From NCBI RefSeq assembly GCF_000315625.1, contig NW_005434642.1, forward strand, positions 523,200 to 587,199: DNA of 64,000 nucleotides. The letters run 5' to 3'. Positions within the stretch are counted from its first letter, which is position 1. The number at the start of each line of letters is the position of its first letter. Source of the DNA: Guillardia theta CCMP2712 (Eukaryota; Protista; Cryptophyta). Under the pieces are notes generated by a model, which made no database searches, was not told the origin of the DNA, and saw nothing but the letters and a program-made list of their open reading frames with translations. Positions 1 through 11,649 of this stretch are shown here, piece by piece. The position numbers and the translations under genes were made by a program.

Positions 1-1749
1 CTCCCCAGCCAAAGCTAGTGCCCATCGCGTTTCCTCCGCCAGGAGGAGCATGGAGGCGAGTGGAAGAGCGACCACTGCTGTGGTCGTGAATCAAATGTGC
101 CTGGTTGATCTAGACGAGCGTGTCAGGTATGAGAAACATATAATGAAAGAGACATGGCAGAGTAACTATGTCTTCACAAACATGACAACGGAAGAGAATG
201 GTGGTTGTGGTGGTGTTGGAAGGGTGATGATAATGAGAGATAGAAAGGAGAAGGGAGAGAAGGGAGGGAGGGAGTTAGAGGAATGAAGGAAGAGGAGGAA
301 GTAGTTAGAGGAAGGAAGGAAGATGAGGATCATATCTCAAGGAGGAGAGCAGGACGTGTCGGATGTACCGATGCCATGAACGCGAACTAGCAGAATATCG
401 TCGCTTGTCCGGTTTTGTAGGGTTTGAGCAGGGGAGAGTCGAGCTTTTCCGGGGAGAAAATAATTTAGAGATCACTGATATAGTTTATGAAATATATTTT
501 GGAATTTTGAATATTAGCAGTAATATTTGAATATATATTGATAGATTCGTATATTGGAACCCTTTCATGGGAATATCACCTAAATCATTTGAACTATACC
601 GGTGCAGGGCTTTGTCTCGCTCATCATTTTTGAAGTACCGGTATTTTACATGTGAATTCAGTAGGTACTGGTAGTCAATTTTAGTTTCTGGTACCCCCCT
701 GTGGTTGCAGAAAGTTAACCAACGGCAGTCTCATATTTGAACGAGAGCATACCACATCCCCGCTCAGCCACCTTTTTACACGCCTTTTCAAAAACGTTCC
801 TTTTCGGCGGCCCGGCCTGGACTATCATCAGTACTAGCGACTGATGTGAAAGATCGTCCGGGTTAAAAAAAGAACTTGCTTGAAACCCGGCCCTGACCCG
901 CCCCCCCGGCCCGGGCCCACTGGGCCAGGGGGTGCGATGGCCGCCGCCCGGGCCGCTGCTCACTGCGGCCCCGCTGGAAACCGTTGAACATTCAAGTTAC
1001 TGATAATGACTCACGGTGATGCGGCAGTGCGGCGCCGCGGTGACCGCTACTCGGCGCCGGGACTGTCGGCCCGGCGGCCACTGACTTCACAGAGTTAAAA
1101 ACTTGCAGTGAGTTGCAGTTACGGTGAATCATTGCGGCTCAGTCATGTGAGGACTCAGGACTTGAAGAGTCGCTGTTGGATGTCCAACGGTATTAGTAAT
1201 GTGATTGTTGACGTGACTTCAAGCCGTCCGTCACTAGGTCATGTTTTTCTTGGTGGTTGTCAGTGATACAGTAAGTTTGCAGCTGTTTCTGCACTTGTGG
1301 CATGTAGCACAAGAAACGACCGTTTGCAGCAAGATTTTTCAATTCAAACTGACAAAAGAAGCTCTGGGGGACGGAGGAGGAGGAGGAGGAGNNNNNNNNN
1401 NNNNNNNNNNNNNNNNNNNNNNNNNNNNNNNNNNNNNNNNNNNNNNNNNNNNNNNNNNNNNNNNNNNNNNNNNNNNNNNNNNNNNNNNNNNNNNNNNNNN
1501 NNNNNNNNNNNNNNNNNNNNNNNNNNNNNNNNNNNNNNNNNNNNNNNNNNNNNNNNNNNNNNNNNNNNNNNNNNNNNNNNNNNNNNNNNNNNNNNNNNNN
1601 NNNNNNNNNNNNNNNNNNNNNNNNNNNNNNNNNNNNNNNNNNNNNNNNNNNNNNNNNNNNNNNNNNNNNNNNNNNNNNNNNNNNNNNNNNNNNNNNNNNN
1701 NNNTGAACGTCAAGTTCAGAGTACAGCAGATCTGTGGATATCAGATTCA

Positions 1750-4740
1750 GGACTTAGAGGTCGGTATCGTGTGTTCCCCAGCCATCATGGTCGAAAGGAG
1801 CTGCTCACATACGAATTTCAGGAAGTGAGATCAGAGCTGGATAATTCATCAGGCTGCGAAGCGACATGCGATCATGACTTACTTCAATTGAGTGCTGACA
1901 ACTTTGATGTTGGCAACATTTCTGAGCTGGGGAATCTGCTGGCAAGGTCAGGGGGAGGCAGGCGGGCGGATAGAGGGGCTAACGGCCATCTGCATCAACA
2001 TGATGCCAACGCTGTAGGTGTCGAAGCGATCCGGACTCATGGCCTGAGAAGAGCGTGAGGGGAAGGGAGAGGAGGAGGAGGAGGAGGGAGAAATTAGAGC
2101 ACGAGGGAACGAGGGAAGGACGGAGGGTAGGAGGAGGGAGGAGAGGGTAGGAGGAAAGATGGAAGGGTAGGAGGATGGAGGAGAGGGGAAGGGAGAAGGA
2201 GAGAGAGGAGAAGGGAGGAGAAGAGAGAGGAGAGTATTTGTCACCTGCCACAAGAAAGGGGAAGCGAGCAGCGCCAGGACTCCCTTGGGCGGTTTGGGAA
2301 CATCCTGAGGCATGATGTACTGGAAGAATGTGAGAAGGGGGTAAGAGGGAGAGAGGAGGAGAAGTCGAGGAGAAACAGGGAGGGTGAGAGTTGAGGAGAC
2401 GGAGTTAGAAGAGCGAGAGCGAGAGCGCGAGGGAGGGAGGGAGGAAGGTAGAGAGGGGAGACAAGAACAAGTGGAATAGCTTCACCTGCTCAGGAGGGGC
2501 ATATCGAGGGTCGAGCAAGCCCTTCTCAGGATCAAAGTTGAACCTGCCGACAAGAATGAAAATTGAAGATGAGAGTGAAGTCCTGCCATGCAAACTCTTC
2601 TGCTCCCTCTCTCTCCTCCCTCTCTCTCTTCCCTCTCTGCTCTCCCTCCCTCTCTGCTCTCCCTCCCTCCCTCCCTCCCTCCCTCCCCCTGTCTCCCTTC
2701 TTTTCGCTCTCCTTTCTCCTCTCCCCTCTCCTCTGCCTCCCCTGCCCTCTTACCCGTTGCGAAGGTCCACACAAGCCCCCAGGTCGATAAGGCGGAGAGG
2801 AGCTCCTTCGGCAGTCTCGGCGACGAGAATGTTGGCAGGTTTCACGTCCCTATGACTAAGTCAGGGAGGAAGAGGAAGAGGGAGAGGGAGAGGGAGAGGG
2901 CGAGGGAGAGGGAGAGGGAGAGGTTGGGGATGGAGGGGGGATGAGGAGGAACCGGTGGACGACGCCAGCATCATGAAGGGTCTTGAGGGCCGTCAGGGTG
3001 TTGGCTGCGATCCTCTTGATCACTTCGACTTCCCGCTGCCTTCACGTCAGGCGCGACCAGCTCAAGTTCAGCTGGACCTTCTCAGTCTCCTCCGAACGAG
3101 CTTTCCCTCCAAACTTGGGGGTCTTGAACTCCTGGGGTACAAGTGAGAAGAAGTGAGAAGGATGGGGGGAGGAACGAAGCGGGAGGAGTCAGAGGGAAAA
3201 ACTGAAGAGAAAGAGGGCGGAGGAGGGGGTGGATGGGGAGGAAGAGGACGAAGAGGGAGGCGGTGGATGGGGAGGAGGAGGAGTGAGTTAGTCGAAGGGA
3301 TTGAGGAGAGGGGAGAGGAAGGAGGAAGTAGTCTGACCTCCTTGGGGTTGGCTTGCCTTCTGTAGAGCACTAGAGATTCAAGGTTCAATGGGAATGACGG
3401 CTCCTGCAGACAAACATGTCGGCGAGAGGGGCAGGGGAGAGCAGAGGGGAGGAGGACCATCATGTAAGACTCTAGAGTTCGACTCCCTTCGAAGTTCCAA
3501 ACCAGAAGTCTGGGAGCGAACAAAGTTAGCACAACCAAGGTAGTGAGACTCTACACAAGCAAGAACACAAGCACAAGTACAAACACAATCTCCTTCTCCT
3601 TCTCCTCCTCCCCCCCTTCATTTCACTACCTTCCAGGTCCCATCACATCGCCTGCATGCAGCTGTCAGGTTTCTCCTCCTTCTCCTCCTCCTCTTTCTCC
3701 TCCTCCTCTCCCACCTGCTCGCCGTTGTGCCCCGAGAAACGTCGCAAAGTAAGCTTGCTTGCCCAACCGACGAACCCTGGAGGGAAAAAGAAAAGGGAGG
3801 GAGGGGAGAGTGGTCAACTCGTGCGGCAGGAAGGAGGCGCGTACCTCCGGTTGAAATAAGCTTCAATGTCAGCCTGATCATCATCGAGGCATCGCTTGAT
3901 GACGACTCGTCCCTCCTCGTCCCTCCTTCCCTTGAGCTTTTTCCTCCCTTCCGACGTCGTGAACGCCTCGTACGCCAGCCCGAAGGTTCCCTTGCCCAGC
4001 GTCCTACCAACCTGAGCGCTCATGTCACTTTCTACCTCCCTCTTCCCTCTCTTCCCCTTCCCTTCTCCCTTGCACGCACTCCTCTGCTTCTCAAACACCG
4101 AGTCCGTTTCCTCCCCTCTTTCTCCCTCCTCCCTCCTCCTTTCCTTCTCCTTCCCCTTCGTCCTCCTCCCTTCTCCTCCCCCTCCCCCACCTTGGGGCTG
4201 ATGTCGTCTGGACCCCAGTTGTCTTCACTCCTCGCGTCGATGGCCTTGAGGAAGAGCCGGTCGAGCAGACCATTCATGACGTTGGGAGGAGACAACAGGT
4301 ACAGGAAGCCGAGGATGCTTCCACCCAGCCTCAGGCCGAGGTCAACGCTGCTGGCCTCCTGCTGAGAAGGTCAGGGACAAGCTTGCTGCAAAGGAGCAGG
4401 TGACATTGAGCGGAGGAAGCATGGCTGCGCTCAAGGTCGAGAGGAAATCGCTCGCTGCCGGCGCCAAAGCTGCGATGGTAAGATGAGAGATGAAGAGAGG
4501 AGAGGAGAAGAGAGGAGAGGGACACATCGATCGAGAGGGAGGAGGAAGGAGGCGTCCAACGATGATACGGGGCAGGTGAGGAAGGCAGGAGGCGATGCCT
4601 GAAAGGCTGATCGCTTCGTCGAGCATGGAGCATCGGACACCAGAGGCTCGGGGCCTACGGGAGTCTGACTGCTGAAACAAGTTAGCTGAGATCCATAGCG
4701 GATTAACTGCGCGAGAAGACAAGGCAATGGTGGAGGACAA
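1750..4740 (-). CDS. STN7: STN7/STN8 (Stt7)-family thylakoid Ser/Thr protein kinase, multi-exon; both ends approximate
   Basis: Spliced exons give GFLYLLSPPNVMNGLLD (TM region), VGRTLGKGTFGLAYEAF (P-loop), LVWNFEGSRTL, DVKPANIL...LIDLGACVDLRNG, FNFDPEKGLLDPRYAPPEQ and DRFDTYSVGIMLMQMA. These match STN7/STN8 signatures (DLGAAADLR..LLDPRYAAPEQ). STN7 versus STN8 is not resolved. Confidence 0.85.
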
Positions 4741-4856
4741 CAGTGAGAGGATAGTATGGAGATCGAGAAGAGGGCGAGAAGCGAGCGAGGGGAGAGGAAG
4801 GAGATCGAGAAGAGGGCGAGAAGCGAGCGAGAGGAGAGGAAGGAGTAGAACAAACC

Positions 4857-5400
4857 TTAAGTGACCTTCCCTGCTCGCCGCACCAGCCTCGAGTTTGGGT
4901 CTGCAACTTGTATGTCAGGAGCGAGAGAATCTCTGAGAGAGGAGCCGACAGGTCGGGAGTTGGTGGAGATGAAGTTGGTAGAGACTGTCCACGAATGTGT
5001 TGACATGAAACCTGAGGCGCCAGTCACTTGCGATAGAGCGGTACCACAGGGTTCAGTTACATGAAGCAAGGAGGACTGAGCAAAGGAGCATCTCCTGCGG
5101 TTCAGGGGTGAGACGACGCAGCAGCTAGCGCTGATACATGTCTCTACCTTCACTGACTTGTTCGGATCTTTCAGTTTCATCAAGTCGAAACACGACGGCA
5201 TCATGCCTGGAAAAGCACAGACTCTTGTAAGCATACGCACAAAACGACAGACTTTGTGTGTGTGTGTGTGGGGGGGCAGTTGAGTGCAAGAGCTGGTAGC
5301 CAATCAATCCAACTCTCTCTTGCGTCTCGCTGTCAACAACAGATAAACTGAATTCATGCTCCTTGTCTCTCTCGCATTGCCTCGAGATCATAAGCAAGCA
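4857..5400 (-). CDS. Exons of a hypothetical protein (separate gene or 5' part of the kinase locus)
   Basis: Coding-like stretches (EHEFSLSVVDSETQERVGLIGYQLL; MMPSCFDLMKLKDPNKSVKVETC) separated by intron-like sequence. No recognisable domain. Confidence 0.35.
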
Positions 5401-6389
5401 ACGGAATTGGGGCCCTCTTACGTATCCTGCACCACCTACGTCCTAGCGACAACGCCACAAAGCGAGAGAGTCTAACACAGTTGAGGAGGAGGTGAGAGTC
5501 TGCCTGATTCTGTTTGTTCAAGACCTTCTCATCCTCTGCTCTCCCTCCCTCCCCTCCCTCCCCTCCCTCCCGCCTTCCACAATCCCATTTTCATTTCTTG
5601 CACCATTCCCATGCTCTAAACCCTACCCTGCGTATCACACCCCTACCCCCCCATCACAACCACCTACCCTACTGTAACAAAATCCTCATCACCCATGACC
5701 CTCTCAATCTACAGTTATATACCCGGTGATACCTAGTTTGACCTAGGGGGGGACCCCCTACCACAATAACTCTTCACCCTACCCTCAAATCATTTTCATA
5801 CCCTACCCCCGTGCTGGGTGTACCCTACCCATCGTTGAAAAATTCTCACTGCCGCCCCCATTGATGATTTTATCAGCACTACCCCACCCCAAGAGTACCA
5901 TGACCCTACCACCCTGAAGTCCCTTTCAGATCACAAAGTGGAAGTACCCCTTTATTTCAAGTGAACTTTGGGGTTCTAATTGAAAAATCTCACCCACCCC
6001 AGTCTTGGTTTCAACCACCCCCACCATAACTTTGCGTCGCCTTTGTTGTAGGGGTGACTGTCCCTCCATGAAGGGTGGGGTGGGGTCATCAAATCTGAAT
6101 CTCTACAGGTTTCAACCACCCTCTAATCAAAGGGTAGTATGCGGTAGAAAGAGGGGTAATAGAATGCACACAAACTAGCGAGGTGGGTGGGGTACATCTA
6201 ACAGGTATCCAGCAAGGGGTACTTGAAGCACATAAGTACGGGTAGTTCAAGTGTGTATAGTGATCACCCTAAGGTAATCCTGTAAAACTACCCCCTCCTG
6301 CCCACCTACCCCTACCCCCATTTCCAAAGGTATTTTCACCCCTTGGTAAACTTCCGAGGCGGGTTGTTAGCTCATCGCAAACATCCTTG

Positions 6390-6948
6390 TGCCCCCTCCC
6401 TTCCGCTCCCCTCCTGCTCCTCCTGCTCCTCCTCCTGCCCCTCGGACACAATCATCACCGGCACTTGCGGAGGAGCGGGATCGATCACCTGCTACACCTG
6501 CAAGGGGAGCTGCACGTGGACAATGAGCTTCACTGCGGCTGTGCAAGGATACTCCTCCAGCGACTACACTGCAGCCCTCGGGTCCCTCGGGTCGGCCACG
6601 GTCACGAGCACGCAAGTGGTGTATCAGTTGAATCCCACTGGGAACATGAGCTACACGCTGGTGTCAACTTCAATCGCTGTGACAGCCATCGATGGGAAGG
6701 GGACGACCCCACTGAGCTACTCGGCGGTGGAGAGCAATCTCAAGACCAAGAGCATCACGTTGATTGCGTTCCAAGACAGCGTCAAATACGAAAAGCAAGA
6801 GATGCCCCTGGCCTCTCCTACCGTGTTTGTCTTCCTGAAGGGATCTGCCTCCGTCTCATTGGCTGACTTCAAGGCAAATTTGGGCACCTTCAAGCAGGTG
6901 ATCGCCACAGCTGCTGGAGTGAACGTGGACAACGTGCTCGACGTCAAC
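6390..6948 (+). CDS. Partial surface/secreted protein: Cys-rich repeat followed by Ser/Thr-rich and SEA-like segment, truncated by N-gap
   Basis: CSSCSSSCPSDTIITGTCGGAGSITCYTC followed by FKQVIATAAGVNVDNVLDVN. Strong NNC codon bias. Runs into gap 6949-7048. Confidence 0.55.
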
Positions 6949-7048
6949 NNNNNNNNNNNNNNNNNNNNNNNNNNNNNNNNNNNNNNNNNNNNNNNNNNNN
7001 NNNNNNNNNNNNNNNNNNNNNNNNNNNNNNNNNNNNNNNNNNNNNNNN

Positions 7049-7081
7049 CTGCTCCTGCTCCTGCTCCTGCTCCTACTCCTA

Positions 7082-7113
<32 letters not shown>

Positions 7114-7220
7114 TCTGCTTCTGCTTCTGCTCCTACTCCTGATCCTCCTGCTCCTCCTTCTCCTCCTGCTCCTGCTCCTGCTCCTGCTCCTACTCCTGCT
7201 CCTGCCCCTGCCCCTGCTCT
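7049..7220. repeat. (CCTGCT)n hexamer microsatellite
   Basis: Directly visible tandem CCTGCT/CCTACT/TCTGCT units next to the gap. Confidence 0.9.
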
Positions 7221-7497
7221 TCTTACCTCCTCTCCTGCTCGTGGACCCCTTCCTTTCTTCTCTCTATCGGCGCTTCCTCTTCCGTCTCCTTGTCGCTCCT
7301 CTTGCTCTTATCTTTATCTTTCTCATCCCCTTGCAGGTTTCACCTCTCCCTTCGATATTCTGCTGCTCACTTGGCAACCTCAAAGTCCTGCTGCCTTCAC
7401 CTCTTTTCTCTCCCTCCCTCTACCTTCCTCCCCCGGACCCTCTCACTATCTTCCTCCCCTTTCCTCCCATCTCCTCATTCCACTCGTCGATCGCTTC

Positions 7498-9898
7498 ATG
7501 TACGCCATCGGGCATTTCAAGCCTGTAGCAGCGAAGACAAGGTGGAGTTGCCACTGGTGGACGAGGCTGCCCCAGCACAAGAGCCGAAGCTGCACACGAA
7601 GGCTCTCATCAGCGTTTGCATCGCAGAAACAAGACCTCTGTGCGTCCTCTGCCTTGCCCGAGCGTGAAGTCTGACGGCCCGAGGGCAGACAAAGTGCTAG
7701 GGGTGAAGAAGACTGCCACGAAACAGGAGATACAGGTAGGAAGCTCCTTCCTTCCGCTCTTGTCATCCTCGTACAGAATGCCTTCCGCAAGATGGCGCTC
7801 GAGAAGCATCCGGATATTCGCAGGTCTGCCGATGAGGAGGAGCAGAAGTTGCACAAGGAAGAGTTCCTGGAGATCATGACGGCTGTCTCCATCCTATCCA
7901 ACGCCGACGAGAGACAAAAGTATGATAGATTCCTCGCTGCCCGCGCCCAACCAGCCTGGGTGCAGCCCCAGGACTTCAGGCGAGCAAGCGAGCATCTCAA
8001 GGGTTGTCTCTGAGACGTGGTGCGCAGAGAACAAGGACCGAGGGCGGAGGGAGGGCCCGACGACGGGCAAGCGAAGCCAAGTTGGGTGGAGTTGCAAGAG
8101 AGGCTGAGGAGGAACAAGGACATAGACAGCGTCATCACCCAGGTGCTGCGGGTCTCCTTCAGCCCCTGCTGACCCGCTTGACAAGTTCATGGATGAATTC
8201 TACGAGAGCATGTCGCAGGCGTACTGGGGCCCTTCCTTCTACGGTCAGGTGCTGCTTTCCCTCCTGCATGTGCGAACGTGTAAAGGGTAGATCGCAGCTA
8301 TGGCAGCTACTGGATTTTGAGGTTTTCATGCCAAAGTAGTTGTGTGCGAGCTAAGGCCTGTTGGAGCTGGACTGCAGGAACAAAGAGACAAGCTTGTTCG
8401 ACCCAGTGACAAAACTTCCTCTCACCTGCATCTTGAGCGGCAGGCAACTGATCGGACATGTCTGCTTGTCTTCCCGAAGATCGAGGAGTTGTAACATGTG
8501 GCAGGTGAAGGAGAGGAGGATTCCTCTCCTTGCAGACACGCAAAAGTCACAGATGCTGCCTGGCTCTCCCACAGTGTGCGAGGAGGAAGCCCATGATGTC
8601 GGCCATGAGCGCTCTCAGCCGCAACAGCGTCAGGATGAAGATGAAGTTGAAGAGATTCTGGAGCTTCACTTCATGTAGTCATGCTATCTCGAATGTTCTT
8701 GTCCTTTGTTTGAGGGCGGACAATGCTTGCACTCCATTGCACTCTGGTTCAAGTCTAAGTGGAATAAGTTGAAGTGATGTGATGTGATGTGATATCATGT
8801 CATGTCATGTCATGTCATGTCATGTCACGTCACGTAATGCCATGTGATATATACTTAGAAGTTTTCATCGTATCAATCAGTGTTTGATCTGCATGACTTG
8901 TTGTATCCCAGGGAAGAACTGAAAGCCTGGTGTGAAATCCCAAGAGACGTCAATCAGAACCTCAAGATCTTCATAGTGAATGAGGAGAAGGCAGACTCGT
9001 TCAGCGGGGAGCTGGTGGCAAAGATCCCTTACGCGCCGATGAGGATGAGATCGTCAATGACATTGAGGAATCTGATGGTGAAGATTTGGAGTAAATCCAC
9101 GACGGGCGAAGGGAAAAAGCAATGGGAGCAGAACTACACGCTGATTCGCTTCAAAACTCCATGGGTGAGATGACAGGCAGGAGGAGAGGAGAGGCAAGAA
9201 AAGGAGGGGTGGTTAGGAGAGGCCCAGGCGAGAGGAGAGGAGGAAAAGCAAGGAGGGAAGGAGATTGGAGAAGGGGGTTGAGAAGGAGAGGAGAGAGGAG
9301 GGAGTGGAGGGAAGAAGAGAAGTGGAGGGGATTCGAATCAAGAAGGGGAGGGGAGAGGAGGGGTGAGAAGGAGAGGAGGGGAAGGTGTTGACTTGACTCA
9401 GGTGCTTCACTTCTACCTCATGCATCGATCTGGTCTCTGCGTCTTCCGCGGTCAGCAGGCTGCCCAGCTGCCCAAGTGACAAGCTGCGGCGATGGCGAGA
9501 CGACTGACGAGGGGCAGGTGGATGTGGCTGTTTGATGCTCGAGTTGAGACGCACGTGGATGGTGAGAAGAGAGGGGGGCGAGAAGAGAGGGAGGGAAGAG
9601 ATGGAGAAGAAGGAGGAGGGAGACGAGATGGAGGGGAGGGAGAAAAAAGGGAGGGAGAAGAGAGGGAGGGGAGAGAAGGGACTGAGACTTTTGCAGGGTC
9701 CTGGTACCTTGAACGAGGACAAGGAAGGCAGAGGATTATCAGTGCGAGGAGGAGGGAGGCGGTGGTGGTGGGGGGGCTGACGTGGTCGCAGAGGTGCATC
9801 GAATCTCGGAGGATGAGATGAAGGAGTTCGGGCTGCAGACCATCTTGATCATCTTCTTGACCAACATCCAAGAAAGGCTGCAAAGGGAAGCAAGATAA
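7498..9898 (+). CDS. DnaJ (J-domain, type III) protein, multi-exon, probable mitochondrial presequence
   Basis: ATG at 7498 and an Arg-rich leader (RRLSS). Spliced [31 protein letters not shown]...SILSNADERQKYD contains the HPD motif. Later exons continue to ...IQERLQREAR TAA (9896-9898). Confidence 0.85.
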
Positions 9899-10087
9899 GA
9901 GTAGAGGTTTGTTTTCTTTGTTTTGTTCTGAGTTTCTATTCCCCGTTCACCTCGCTTCCTCCTCTTTAGTAGAGTATCTCTGCTTTTCCCGTCTCGCTCT
10001 CTCCTGCTATCCTTGGTTTCTGTTTCTACAACCTCTTCCTCCTGCTTCCACGTCCACACCACAAGAGGATCCTTGCAAGGAGCAGAC

Positions 10088-11322
10088 TCATCTGCGAACA
10101 TGGAACCCATCCTTCCACTCCTCGACCGACACCTTCACCTGCCCGTCAGAGCAGCAGGAGCAGCAAGAAAGTCAACCTTGCTGTCATGGTCTTTGTCGAA
10201 CTCGAGCAGGAACAGGTACGACATGCCCACCCCACCCTTCCTCGGCTTGTCGCTGCTGAAGCCTGCTACCCCTGCCTCCACCATCTCCCGGTTCTGAGGG
10301 ATCCATTGAGCAGGAAGTAGCAAGAGCAAGAGGAGATACAGAAGGGAGGAGAGGAGCAGGATGGAGGAGAGAGGGAGAGATGATGATGTAGATGAGAAGA
10401 GCGAGAAGGGGGAAGACGAAGAAGTCACGATAAGGAGCAAGACGAGGACGACGAGGACGACGAGGACGAGGAGGAGGAGGGGGAGGAGGAGGAGGAGGGG
10501 GAGGACGAGGAGCAACATCACCATGTACTTCCCCACGAAGTTTCTGATCTCTGTTAGGTTGAGATGATCGTCGTTGTCGAGATCAAACGATCGCATCATG
10601 TCGACCGTCATCACGTCGCCAAGAGCTCCTGCCGTCTCTCCGTCACGGCGACTGCAGCACATATCCCTCCCCCCCCCCCCTTTCCTTCCTCCTCCCCCTC
10701 CTCCCTCTTCACTTCCTCCTCATCCTCCTGCTCCTCCTGCCCCTCACCATCGACATAAAACGGTTCTTGCGGCTGGTCATGAAACAGCTCAGCCACCCAC
10801 TCGTCCCATGTGACTTTCTTGTCCTTGTTCTTGTCCACCTGCTCGAACGCCTTGCAAGCTCAAAGTCATGCGGCTGCTCCTGCCGTCGCCTCCTCCTCCC
10901 TCACCTTCTTCCCAGCATCGGTCTCGTTGCCAACGAACCATTTCCCGCCGAGCTGCGCGCCCATCGCATCCTCCTCCTCCTCCTCTCGGTCCGAGCTGAT
11001 GGACTGAAAGTGCCTGCCATGCTGAACGTCACCCGCGTCTCTTCCCTGCCCGGCACCAGCACTCACAGCTCGAACTCCTGTTCGTTGATAACACCATCTG
11101 CACGTTCAGCATGAGGACAGGAACAGCTGCCGCGCGCCCTTCACCTCGGTCGAGGTCCTTGGCGTTGAAGTAGAGGTGCTCCATGTACAGAGGATGCTCC
11201 TCCTCCATCAGCAGGTCGCTCTCCTCCTGCCCATCGTCCTCCGCCTGCTCCTGCGCCTTGACCGAGACGTTCGACAGCAACAGAAGGCTGAGCAGCAGCA
11301 GGACCGCGGTCCTCTGGTTCAT
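10088..11322 (-). CDS. Secreted multi-EF-hand Ca2+-binding protein (calumenin/reticulocalbin-like)
   Basis: Signal peptide MNQRTAVLLLLSLLLLSNVSVKA. EF loops DLDR.DGVINEQE, DKNKDKKVTWDE, DLDNDDHLNLTE and DKDHDSKVSVEE. Confidence 0.8.
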
Positions 11323-11649
11323 CCTGCAGGTCAGACAGGCTGAGGAGGGGAGGGGGAGGGAGAGGGGTTGAGAAGACGGCGGCGGCAAGGGGAGCGATGG
11401 GGTTTGAGGGGGGCGGGGAGGGGAGGAAGGGATTTGCTGGGAGGCGGAAAAAACTGCTTTTAGGGGGAGGGGAGGAAGCGGGAGGGGGGAAGACAGCGAG
11501 GTGAAAAGAGGAGCGAAGGAGAGAGGGAGGGGAAGAGGACAGAGAAGGGAGAGGACAGAGACAGTCTAGCAGGGAGAGAAGAAGAGGTAGAGGAGGGAGG
11601 GGAGGAGAGGAGAAAGTAGCGAGCGAGACCGAGTCAGGATTTCGATTTA

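Noticed and set aside
1241-2058. Plus-strand ORFs spanning the gap
   Set aside because: They consist mostly of N and the antisense of the kinase gene.
6343-7674. Single 443-aa protein
   Set aside because: It artificially joins a surface-protein exon, an N-gap, a hexamer repeat and the first DnaJ exon.
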